Below the pieces are notes generated by a model that saw only the letters and a list, made by a program, of their open reading frames with translations, made no database searches and was not told where the DNA came from. The translations under genes were made by a program, and so were the position numbers. Shown one piece after another: positions 42,101 to 53,747 of a stretch of 64,000 bases of DNA (position 1 is the stretch's first letter; each line of letters begins with the position of its first letter). The stretch is from Phaeosaccion multiseriatum (Eukaryota; Protista; Ochrophyta, other classes), in contig OZ218951.1 of assembly GCA_965112735.1 (NCBI GenBank), forward strand, positions 1,922,001-1,986,000, given 5' to 3'.

Positions 42101-45100
42101 CCTGCGTTGTGTTGACTTACGACTCTCTGATTGTGTCTACTTATAACTCTCTCTCTCTTCCCCTATCTCTCTCCACCTCTTCTCTTTGATTGTATTGCGG
42201 TCGCATTGCTTCATCATGACCTCTCTCTCCCTCTCTCTACGCTATCTCCTTGATCGTATGGCATTTACGTTCTTTCCTTACGACTCTCTCTCTGTGCACC
42301 GCTCCTTTTTGATGGCATGTGCATTGCGACCACAGACCATCGCTCACGTCATGACTCTCCCGGGGGGCGAGGAGCTCCTGACCAAGCAGGGGATAGAAGG
42401 CGGCTTCGCTAGCCTTGACGCTACGCATAATACGAAAGGGTGGGTACCACCAAATACCTTCGCCCCCAGGAAGAAGAGGGACAGATCGGTCGGTGGTAAG
42501 GGCCCTGTCTCGCCTAGCGGCATACGGGGGGTGAAGAAGAAAGAGGAAGAAGAAGAAGCAGAAGAAGGAGGAGGAGGGGGTGGGAAAGGGGAAGACACAG
42601 GGGAAGGCAAAGCGACGGCGAAAGAGGAAGACAAAGGGGAAGAGAACGAGAAAGGGGAAGGGGAAGAGGAGCAAGCGCAAGCGGCGGCGACGGACGCAGC
42701 AAGCGAGGCAGCAAGCGAGGCTGCAGCAACGCGAGGAGCTGAAGCAGCAATCGAGACAGCAACCGAGGCGGCAGCAGCAGCAGCAGCAGCAGCAGTGCCG
42801 CTAGGAGGAGGAGGAGGGGAAAAAAGAGGGCGCAAGAAGGGCTCAAAGCGGCCGCGGAAGAGCTGGTACGAGTCGGTACTGGTCCCTATCGAGCCGGTGG
42901 AGGAGCGACCGGAGGACTTGATTATAGAGAAGGACTCCCGGCCGCGAACTCCGCGCAAGGCTGCAGCCGCATGCAAAGCAGCAGCAGCCTCATCGGTGAG
43001 ACAGACGGCAGTGGAAGCAGCCAGAGCAGCCAAGTTGGTCAAGTATGCCAAGAAAGCAGCGGACAAGGCGGCGAAGGAAGCAGCGCTCGAGAAGAGTCGT
43101 GTGGAGCGATGGAGGGCCGCGCTGTGGCGACAGGAAGTGGAATGGATGGAGGGGCTGCCGGTGAAGCTGGCGGGGAGCTTTTGGAAGGCCGTGTGGCCGC
43201 GGATGGAAGCGGAGGGCTGGGACAAGGTGGAGAGCGAGGGCGAGGGGGAGGGGTGGGTCACCTTCTTAGGACCACTTCCTGCGCCGCTGCCAGCTGTTGA
43301 CGAAGCAGCAGCACCAGCAACAGCAGTCGTAGCTCAAGAAGCTGAAGAATCGGCAGCAGCAGCGGCAGCAGCAGCGGCAGCAGCAGCGGTAGCAGCCGGA
43401 GCAGCAGGAACAGCAGCAGCAGTAGCAGCAGGTGCCGCGGCAGCGGGGGAAGAAGGGCAGAAGTATGATGCGATTGAGCTGTCGTCGATGGATGCCGCGG
43501 CAGACCACCCTCCTTTGGGAAACGCCACGACTGGTACCACTGCTGCCGTTACCACCCCTGCTACTACAGATCGTCCTCTGGGTACTACTGCTACTACAGA
43601 TCGTCCTCTGGGTACTACTGCTACTACAGATCGTCCTCTGGGTACTACTGCTACTACTGGCGCCGGCAGCGAGACCAACAGCAGTGGTGCCACGAGCAGT
43701 AACGGTAGTAGCGAGGAGGCTGCTGGGGAGGCTGGAGACGATTCTACCCTTGCGTCTCCTTCCCCTCCGGTCCCTCGGGCCCCTCACTTGCGGCGTGCCG
43801 AGTGCGTCACCTTACAGGAACTGACGGACGCACTCACCTCCTCCTCCTCCTCCTCCTCCTCCTCCTCCTCCTCCTCCTCCTCCGTCTTGTTGGATGGCGG
43901 GCTTGGTGTTGACGGTGCAAGTGGGAGGTGTGGTGGGGATGTTGGTGATACAAGTGGGAGGGGTGGCAGGCGTGAGGCGGAGGAGCCCCCTCCTCGGCAG
44001 CGGCGGTGGGAGGAGGTGCTGGCCTCTGCGGGCTTCACGCCACAAGTGGTGAGAAGGACCCGCGAACAAGCCATTCGAGCGGCGGACGAGGAGTGTGGTT
44101 TCACCTGCGTTGGCGGTGTTGTGCAGCAGCTACAGCAGCAGCAGGGGGAGCAGGTGGTGATACAGCAGCAGAGGCAGCAGGAGGAGCAACACCCGCCTGG
44201 CAAACCGGGCGAGGGGACTGCAGAGAGAGACAGAGAAGAAGGAGAGAGAGAAGCAGCATTGGCAACGGCAGAGACAAAAGGAGCCGTAGGAGGCGAAGAG
44301 GAGGATGAGGAGGAGGAGGAGGTGGGAGGGGATGAGACGGCCCGGGATAGAGCGGAGTCATCAACGACCTTCGTGACCACAACCAGAACACCATCACCGC
44401 TAGCACCATCACCACTATCACCGCCACCACCACCACCACCACCACCACAACAACAACAACAACAACACCGACAAGAAGAAGAGCAAGTGCAGGAAGACAG
44501 AGTTGGAGTGGCAGAAAAAGTAACAGGAGAAAGAGAAGACGAGGGAATGGGAGAAAAAGAAGCGGCAACAGAGAGACCGAGAAAGATGGCCAAACCAGAG
44601 GACGAGCAGGGAGCCGCAGCAGCAGAAGAAGGAGAGCAAAAGGGTGGAGGAGATGGAGAAGGAGAAAAGCGGCAAGAAGTAGTACCAGCGAGTCCGACAA
44701 AGGTGGCTAGCTCTGATGGCGAGCAGGCGCTAGGGGGGGCGACAGTAGCAGCGGCAGCAGCCGCGGAAGAAGGCGGAGAGCAAGAAGGGGTGGGAGAGGG
44801 AGAAGAAGAAGAACAACAACAATATCATCAAGAAGAGGAAGAAGAAGCAACAGAGAGACCGAGAAAGATGGCCAGATCAGATACTGAGCAGGCATTGAGG
44901 GGAGCCGCGGCAGCAGCCGCTGCTGCAGCAGCTGCACAGGGCGGGGAAGAAGAGGGAGGAAGAGAGGGGGAAGGAGAAGAACGAGAAGAAGAGAGATCAG
45001 TTAGCGAGCAGCCCCTAGGGGGCGGTGAAGCAGCAGCAGCCGCAGCACGAAAAGGCGGAGACCAAGAGGGTGAGGGAGAAGTAGAAGGAGAAGGGGAAGG

Positions 45101-48100
45101 AGGGGGAGGAGGAGACGAAGAGGAAGCAGCAGCAGCGAGACCGAGAAAAATGGCCCGAACCGAAGGCGAACAACCATCAGGAGGGCCTGCGCTGACACCG
45201 GAGTCGGGAATGACAGTTTCAGAAGGAACAGGGCCAGGACTCACGTGCCGCCCCTTCTTCCCTTCACTCAAAGCCCCCTCAGCAGCAGCCACAGCAGTAG
45301 CAACCTCAGCTGCAGCCTCAGCAGGAGCCTCAGCAGGAGCAGCAGTTGGTGATGTAGCAGCAAGCACCGTGCCTCCAGCTGAGCAGTGCGATGCAACTGA
45401 GCTTGGGCAGGGCCAGGCTGAATCCCAAGCTGAACCCCAGGCTGAACCCCAGGATCACAATGAGGCTCAGGGTAGTGAGAAAGGGGGGCAGGTGCCACAG
45501 CCGCTGCAACAGGAGGAGCAGATGGGTGGAGGCGGAGAAGGTGGATATGTCAAGGAAAGCAGCAGCAGCAGCAGAAGCAGCAGCAGCAGCAAAATCGGCG
45601 AGAAGAGGGGGAAAGCGTCGAGAGGGCGAGGGAGAAAGCGGGAGCGCAGGGAGAGAGGCAGCAGTGTATCACCAAGTGGCGGTACTTGGGCTGGTGCTGG
45701 CGCTGGTGCTGGTATATGCCCCCCCCCTCCTCCTCCTCCTCCTCCTCCTCCTCCTCCTCCTCCTTCTCGGGGGAGGGGGCGGTCCGCACCTTCTCGAATG
45801 GCGAAGAGTGTTGCCGTAGCTAAACTAGGGGAGAGTAAGGAGACGGCATACAACAACGGCGACGACGAAGACGACCAACCGGTAGGGGGGCAGATGAGAG
45901 AGAAGAGGAATATGGCAGCGCATGAAGATGCATGGAGTGACGCGGACGACAACTACGTCTTTGTGAAGAACAGGAGCAAGGGCAAGACCAAGGAGGCCGC
46001 TGGGGACGATGAAAGGGAGGAGGAGGAGGAGGAGGAGGAGGAGGCGGAGGAGGAGGAGGAGCCCACCAAGCCACGTGGCGCCAAGAGAGGAAGGAAGGCA
46101 GGAAAAGGCGCTGCTGCTGCTGCTGCGGGCAACGCAAAGGCAAAGGCGAACACAGAAGAAGGGGCGGGGGCCTCAGTCGTTCTGCCAAGCCCGCCCACCA
46201 CTCCGCGGCGGAAACGGGGGAGGCCAACAAACGCGCAGCGTGCGCTGGACGCGATGGCTGCTGCTGCAGCTGCTACCGCCGCGGCTGCTGCGGCTGCTGC
46301 GACTGCAGGGAGGTCCAGCACACCAGCAGGAACTGCTGCTGCAGCCGTCGTTCCCAGCCCGAGTGAGGATACGCGAGGAGGCAACAAGAGGGGCCGCAAG
46401 TCAAATGCCGAGAGGGCGTTGCTGCTCAAGATCGGCCCGAGAATCCCGCATCGGAAGGGAGCTGCAGCAGCTGCGCGGCGGGCAGCAGCAAAAGCCTTAG
46501 CGGCAGCAACAGGTGGTGATACAACAGGTGGTGATACAACAGGTGGTGATACAGCAGGTGGTGATACACCAGGTGGTGATACAGCAGCCAAGGCTCACAC
46601 AAGAAGAGCCAAGGAAGCACCTACCCGAGTGGGCACTCGAATACGGGTGCAGGCTCGGCCGTCTACGCAAGCCCCAACCGCAAGTCCATTGACAGTAAGA
46701 GTAAGCTCGTCACCATTCTTCCCGCCAAAAGGAGAGGCAGCAGGAGCAGCAGCAGCAGCAGCAGCAGCAGCGTCAAAAGCAGGAGGAGTGTCACCAGTAG
46801 GGTCGTCTATGGCATCGCCCCTGGCATCACCACCGCGGAAGAGGGGCAGGCCACCAAAGAAGAGACAGATAGAAATCACGGAGAAGGAGAACACTGGTGG
46901 CAGTGGTGGTGGTGGTGGTGGTGGTGGTGATAGCAGCGGCAAGACTGGTGCTGAGGCGGATGGAGGGATACTGAGCAGTCGGGGCGTTGGCGGCAGAGGC
47001 AGCGGAGGGAGTAGCCGGGGCGGCGGTGCTGACAGCAGTGATGGTGGCAGGGGAGAGAAGAAGAAGAGAGGACCCGGCAGACCTCCAGGGCGACCAAAGA
47101 CAAAGGCGATGGGAAGCAGCGACGATACTGGGCTTGGCAGCATGCAGGAGAGAGTAGGGCCGGGGGTAAGCAGATGCAGCAGTACCAGTAGCACCGTGTC
47201 GGACGCCGAAGCCATACCCTTGCCATCACGAGGAGGAGGAAGAGGAGGACGAGGAGGGAGAGAAAGAGGCGGGGGAGGAGGAGGAAGAGGAGGAGGAGAG
47301 GGGAGGGGAAGGAAAGGAGGGCAGAAAAAGAACCACCACCACCAGCAGCAGCAGGATGAGGAGGAGGAGGAGGAGGAGGAGGACGAGGACGAGGTGGTGA
47401 TACGGCAGCAGCAGAGAGCACGCAGTCGCTTGGCGAGGGGGGGGGGGGGCTCATCCGCTGGCGCTAGTCAATCAAAAGCGCCAGACCAGGAGGTGCCTCG
47501 ACAGACAGCCATACGCACGGGCGGAGTGACGGATCCCACAGCAGGAGATGCGGAGAAGGGGAAGGGAAAGGAAGGGCGAAGGGGGAGGAGGAGTCAAGCA
47601 GAGTCCCAGTCCTCAGGAAGTGGGGGGGGTGGAGAAGGGGTCAAGGTTGAAGTCTCTCTCAACCAGGTCGGGTCAAGGAGGAGGAGGGCAGAAGCAACAA
47701 CTGCAGTTGGTGATACAGCGACGGGGGGGAGTACGGGTAGTGCGAGAAGAGAAGGAAGGGGGGCCGAGGTGGAAGGCAGCAGGGCACAGCGGGGACGGGT
47801 GGAGGAGGCGTCTACCACCGTTCTCGAAGGGAAGCGACAAGGACGGACAAGTGCTGCTGCGAGCAGAGCGTCACCAGCAACAACAGCCACCAGAGGGCAG
47901 GCCGCCGGACGAGCAGCCACCAGAGCAAGAGGAGGCAGACCGGCTGCAGCTTCGAAGGCCACTGCTGCTGCAACTCCTTCTACTGGTGGAGGTGTGAAAG
48001 GTCGTGCAAAGAGTGGCGTAAAGGGGGTTGGTGGAGGAGTCAAGCGCTTGTCTGCAGCGGAGGCTGCCCTGGAGGAGGACAAGGCCGACCTTTATCGATG

Positions 48101-49313
48101 TAGATATGCCAATGGTTTCGAGGAGGACATTAGTCTTTGGCAACTGCGGCAGTACGGTGTGCGCTTGCCTACATCGCTGCCTTCATCGGGTGCTGCATCG
48201 TCGTCATCGGCTGAGGACGTGTCAGGGGCGGAAGGAAGACGACAGGGGGAGGGGAAGAGGATCGAGAGGGAGGGAGCTGTAAAAAGTACAGAAGAAGAAG
48301 AAGAAGAAGAAGAAGGAGGAGGAGGAGGAGCAGGAGCAGGAAGAGGAGGAGGAGGAGGCGATAGTGGGGCTATTGCGAAAGCCAAGGAGGTTGGTCCTTC
48401 GCCGACGCCGCCAGCTGTAGCAGCCGTGCAAAAGGCCCCCTCCTCGAGCAGAGTGAAGACAGAGCCGCAAGTAGGGGAGAGGGACGGGGTGTGGAGTGAG
48501 GGAGTGCTCTTCCCCCAGACCAAGGCCCTCACCAAACCCGGTGCTCGATGGATTATTGGAGCCATGAGGTGTGTGTATCTATCTATGTATGTGTGTGCAT
48601 GTGTTGTATGTGTGTGCGTATGTGTGTGTAATCTGTATATGTGTATTTTGTGTGTATTTGTATATGTGTGTGCATGTGGTACGTAGGTGTGTAAACGTGT
48701 GTGTTGTGTGTTTGGTCCCCCGTGCTTCCCTGGTCTCTCTGCTTTCCAAGGGTACTCCTCGCCGGGCCCCTCAACGTACCCCCCCCCTCTCTCTCTTGTT
48801 TCCCCCCTCCTCTCCCTCCATGTCTTTCTCTCTCTCTGCGTGTGTGTGTCTCCCTCCCTCCCTCCCTCCCTCCCTCCCTCCCTCCCTCCCCTCCCCCTCC
48901 TCCTCCCTTCCAGACTCACCACCCTCTGGGCCCACCGCGGGCGTGAAACCGTCGTAGTCGCCGACGTCCACCACGATCCTGACCTCTTCTGCTCCGAACT
49001 CGCGTGCCTCCTGCACGATATGCGGTGTCAGGACAAGGAGGTGGGCGTGACTTACTGGCGCTCGGCGGAGAGGGGATGCATGAATCGTTGCGCCTTGGAC
49101 AGGGAGGTGCTTATGAATAATCACAGCGGCCGTGCAGGCACAGAGGTAAGTGGTAGCGGATGGCAGTGGACGGTAGTGTCGTAAAGAGCGTGGGATGGAG
49201 CGGGGCAGTGCGGGGGAGGGGGTTCAGGGCCAGAGGCCAAGGGATCAGAGGGTTGAGATGACTTGCTGCTGCTCAGCTGCAAAAGATGGGACAAGCTGAG
49301 CCCAGCGACGCTA

Positions 49314-49363
<50 letters not shown>

Positions 49364-50352
49364 CTCTCATTCCTCTCTGCTCCCTCTCTCTCCCCGCCTC
49401 CTCTCTCTCTTCACCCCCCCCCCCCTCCCCTCCCGCTCTCTCCTCCCCCCATCTCTCCCTCTCACTCTTGCATATCCGCAGGCGGTGCTGTGGGAAGAGG
49501 GAGGGCACTTCCACTCAGACACAGGCCTTGTGGTGTGGAAGCCCGGCAAGGCTCGACAAGAGGCCAAAACCCTCGGCGACTTCGCTCTGCATTGCTGCGG
49601 TGCCGCACTCGGTGAGACCCCGTAGGACCCATCCGCAACTGCTTCCCTCCCTCCCCTCCCCTCCCCTTCCCTCCCTCCCCTCCCCTCCCCTCCCCTCCCC
49701 TTCCCTCCCCTTCCCTCCCCTCCCCTCCCCTCCCCTTCCCTCCCCTTCCCTTCCTTTTCCTTCCCTTCCCTTCCCTTCCCTTCCCTTCCCTTCCCTTCCC
49801 TTCCCTTCCCTTCCCTTCCCTTCCCTTCCCTTCCCTTCCCTTCCCTTCCCTTCCCTTCCCTTCCCTACCTTCCCTTCCCTTCCCTTCCCTGCCTTCTCTT
49901 CCCTTCCCTTCCCTCCCTTCCCTTCCCTTCCTCCCCTCCTTTCTTTTCCGTTTCCCTCGCCCAGTCGGATCGACATCAACCTCTTGAAGTTGTTTCGGGG
50001 TCTCTCCATCCTTTTCCTTTGCTCCTCTCTTACTTACCCAACGCGTCTTGTCTACGTGTGTACGTTTGCACGTGTGTGCGTGTGTGTGTGCGTGTGTGCG
50101 TGTGTGCGTGTATGCGTATCGTGTGTGTGTTCCCGTGTTGCCTCCTCTTTGTGGCCATCAGCGGCGAGCGCCATCCCCCGGGGGTGCAGCGAGATGCTCT
50201 TTGACGGCTTTCTCAAAGAGTCCGACATATTAGCGCGCCACGCCGTGTTTCGACCTCACAGGCATCACCTTGAGCCCACGGTCGCACGCTACCTCTCCTT
50301 CACAGAACAGCCTGTGCAGCAGCAGTTGGTGGTACAACAGTCGGTGGTAGAG

Positions 50353-50383
<31 letters not shown>

Positions 50384-51867
50384 TACAAGGGAAGAAGGTG
50401 GTGGAGGATGTTGAGGACGAGGAGGAAGAGGTAGGGGGAAAGCAGCACCAAAGAGAGGGCGAGAAGAAGTCGCAGTCGACGACAAGTCCTCCCGTAGGGC
50501 GGCGGCCGCTGCAAGGGGGAGACTCCTTGGGAGACTTGGGAGGTGTAAATTGGGGCTACTCCCTGCTGGAGAGCCTCGACGCCGCAGCCATACTCGCGGG
50601 GGCGAAAAGGAACATCGACGTACGTGCCTACCTTTCGTGACTTACTGCGCTGGTTGTGACGTACCCACTGGTGTGCGCGGAATAGCAGGGGTTTTTGGTT
50701 GAAAGGGAGGGGGGGAGCGAAGAGAGTGAAATGCATCTGCTGTACGTGTACTCTCTACTCTTCCCCGGTGATACGAATGTAGAGGTCATCGATTTTTCCT
50801 CCCCCACTCCCTCGTTCTTTGGCTGGCCTCCCTCTACCATATTCCTCCTGTTGGATGAACCCGTTCCTGTGCCTTTTGGCCCCCCTCCCCCTCTCCTTCC
50901 TCCTCCGTCCCCCTCTCGCCTCTCTCCTCCTTCCCCCCCCCCCCCCCCCCGCTCCTCCCTCCTTGCCGACCTCCTCCTTCCTCCCTCCCCAGCTCAAAGT
51001 GTGCAAAATGCAGCTTGAGGTCGGTGGACAAGGCGTGTACGGCGAGCAACTCTACGTCTGTCGGGAGGCGAGGTGAGTGGGGGAGTGAGTGCGTGAGTGA
51101 GGGAGTGAGTGCGTGAGTGAGGGAGTGTGATTGGGTGAGTGAGTGAGTGAGTGAGTGAATGAGTAGTGAGTGAGTAGTGAGTGGATGTGTGGGTGGGTGG
51201 GTGAGTGAGCGCGTGAGTGGATGAGGGAATGAGTGTGTGGGTGGGTGAGTGAGTGAGTGAGTACGCTGAGTGAGTGAGTGAGTGAGTGAGTGGGTGAGTG
51301 AGTGAGTGTGCGTGTGGGTGAGTGAGTGAGTGAGTGTGCCTGTGAGTGGGTGAGTGAGAGTGTGATGAATGAGTGAGTGAGTGGGTGGGTGAGTGGGTGA
51401 GTGAGTGAGTGAAGTGACTGATTGAGTGATTGAGTGAGTGCGTGAGTGAGTGGGTGATTGGAGGCGGGAGGGAATAACTGAGGTGGAGAGACATGCGCAA
51501 AATAGAGTCAAGCCCATTCAGCGCCACTAGCATCGAGGAGAGCCTGGGGTTAGCCTTTAGCAGCATTAGCAATTAGCAGCATATTGGGTTAGCCTTTAGC
51601 AGCATCAGCAATTAGCAGCATATGGGGTTTGCAAATAGCAACATACGACTCTCCGGAAGCTAACGAAAGTCTCGTCGGCTGATGATACAACGCGTGTGGT
51701 TGCGTGCGTGTGTGTGTGTGTCTCCCCCTGTGTGTGTGTGTGTGTGTGTGTGTGTTCAGGCCTGCCGGCGAGCAGTGGCTGGGGGCTCCCAAGGGAACCG
51801 TCAAGGAAGATGTGTGGTTTGAGGAAGACTCCGCCTACGAACGGCAGAGCGACAAGCAACAGGAGGG

Positions 51868-51900
<33 letters not shown>

Positions 51901-53304
51901 GCACAAGGAGGAGGAGGAGGAGGAGGAGAAGCGAAAGCTGGAGGGCAAGGAAAACATCAAAGCCCTTGGAGAAGGGCAGACGCATCATAGCACACCGCCC
52001 GTCGCTCTCGGCAAGGAGGGAATCGTGGAGATGAAGGGGGCAGAGGGAGCAGGGGGAGTCTTTCAGGACGACAATGAGGGCGGCGCAGGCCGAGCAGCAG
52101 CCGACGGTTGTGCCTCCTCCGACCTTCAAGACAAGGAGGAGAGAGAAGTGGGCCCGGCGGGGCAGGAGGAGGATTCGATGAAGGAGGAGAAGGCAGCCGA
52201 GGCAGTCGCGGCAGCAGCAGCGCCAGCGGCGGTAGGAGCGGAACACAAAAATGGCGAGCCCCCGTGTGTGGGAGGAGGCGATTCGCATACGGAAGGTCCT
52301 CGCAGACAGAAGGAGGTGGTCAATTCCGCTGAAGAGAACAGCACCCCCACCACCACCCCCACCACCACCACCATCAATAGCAACAGCAAGAGCAATAGCA
52401 ATAGCAATGGCAGCAGTGGCAGGGGCGTTGTACGACGCCGGAGAGAGCGCGACAGTGTATGCCGTGTGTGCCAGCAACGGGCGATGGGCGGTGGCGGCAG
52501 CAGCGGCAGCAGCAGCAGCAGCCCTGCGCCATCGAAGGTACCGGGGGGGGTGCGGGGAGGAGACGGCAAGGAGGAGGTCGAGGGGGGGGAGGAGGGTCTC
52601 CGAATGGAGGGGGATGATACAGCCCAACCTCTCTTGAGCAGGCCCACCTGGGGCTTAGATCGTGTCGTGTCATGTGCGGCGTGCCCTTCGGTGTACCACC
52701 CTGCTTGTCTGCGGCCCCGCCCCGCCTTCCTCTACGATGTTTCCAGGTGAGGGGTGTGTGTGTATCACCAACTGCTTCTGCTACTTATTTTTGCTGCTGC
52801 TGCTGCTCTCTCTCCCTAGGCCTGGCCTTACTCCATAACCTCCCCTCGCTTTGCTCGAAGTTGATAGAAACGGCCTTCCTTCCTTCCTTGCTTGCTTTTC
52901 TTCATTCCCTTTCCTTCCTTCCTCCTCCCTCCCTCCCCTTCCTTCCTTCCTTCCTTCCTTCCTTCCTTCCTTCCTTCCTTCCTTCCTTCCTTCCTTCCTT
53001 CCTTCCTTCCTTCCCTCCTCCCTTCCTCGCTTTCTCTAGGGCACCTGTGGAGGGATGGCGCTGTTCCACCTGCATTAGCAAGGGCAGAGAGATCATCAGT
53101 GCAAAGGCAGGGGGGGACACTCCTGCACAAGGGCACCGAGGAGGCGGAGGAGGCGGAGGGGGGGGGGGGGAGGGAGAAGGAGGAGGGGAAGATGACGTGG
53201 AAGGGGCGACGGGCGCGGCAAGGCTGATGGAGGCGCTGAGGAGGGTGAAGATGCGCGTCATCAGGGTGGACACGCATCGCTCCATCCACTTTGCGAATCC
53301 ATGA
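39174..53304 (+). CDS. Giant (~3,215 aa) chromatin-associated protein: split GT-A-like domain, split PTM/DIR17-type Tudor, AT-hooks, C-terminal PHD finger (13 exons: 39174-39439, 39591-39721, 39910-40087, 40364-40880, 41310-41404, 41834-41909, 42336-48568, 48914-49145, 49482-49611, 50162-50619, 50993-51072, 51760-52746, 53040-53304)
   Basis: All 12 GT-AG junctions are phase-compatible by manual count. PHD 'CRVC...SCAAC.SVYHPACL...WRCSTC'; AT-hook-like 'KRGRPT', 'RKRGRPPKK', 'GRPPGRPK'. The acceptor at 40363 (AAG) is weak. Confidence 0.65.
41447..41565. repeat. 17-bp intronic minisatellite (GAGGGCCTCTGAATATC-like, about 7 copies)
   Basis: Directly visible tandem units with substitutions. Confidence 0.85.
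51073..51460. repeat. (GTGA)n expansion starting at a 5' splice site
   Basis: Reiterated GTGAGT directly after the donor at 51073. Confidence 0.85.
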
Positions 53305-53560
53305 CATCCATGACATCCATGACAGCAGCGGCCAGGACAATTTCAGGTCGGTAATTTTTGTTGTTCTTGCTGTTTTCGTGCCGTTATTGTTCATAATCTT
53401 TCTCATGCAACGGCGCCGAAGTGCATCTGTCTAATGGACTTGCCGACAGCGCATATCACCATCACACATCACAGGCCTAACAACTCTCTCCCCGCTTCCG
53501 TCTTCCTCCTCCCCTCTTCCCTACCCCCCCCCCCCCCCCCCCCCTCCCTCTCTCACTCAG

Positions 53561-53747
53561 CATGGAACACCCCGAGCAATTCGTGGACTCCATGCCGAAA
53601 CGCCGTATCATCCCCCCAGCAGAAGTGGCGGAGTCCGTCTTTTGGCTCTGCACCTCCCCCGCAGGCAGGATCTTTCACGGAGCGGTCTTGGACGCCTCTC
53701 AGGGCCTCACCGTCCGGCCCGGCTTGGTGACGGAGGGGCACGGCTGA
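53561..53747 (+). pseudogene. Orphan terminal exon of a short-chain dehydrogenase/reductase
   Basis: 'PKRRIIPPAEVAESVFWLCTSPAGRIFHGAVLDASQG' matches the SDR C-terminal pattern (P.GR...PEEVA..V.FL.S......G..L..DGG). It is preceded by a polypyrimidine tract and CAG. No upstream SDR exons are visible. Confidence 0.6.
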
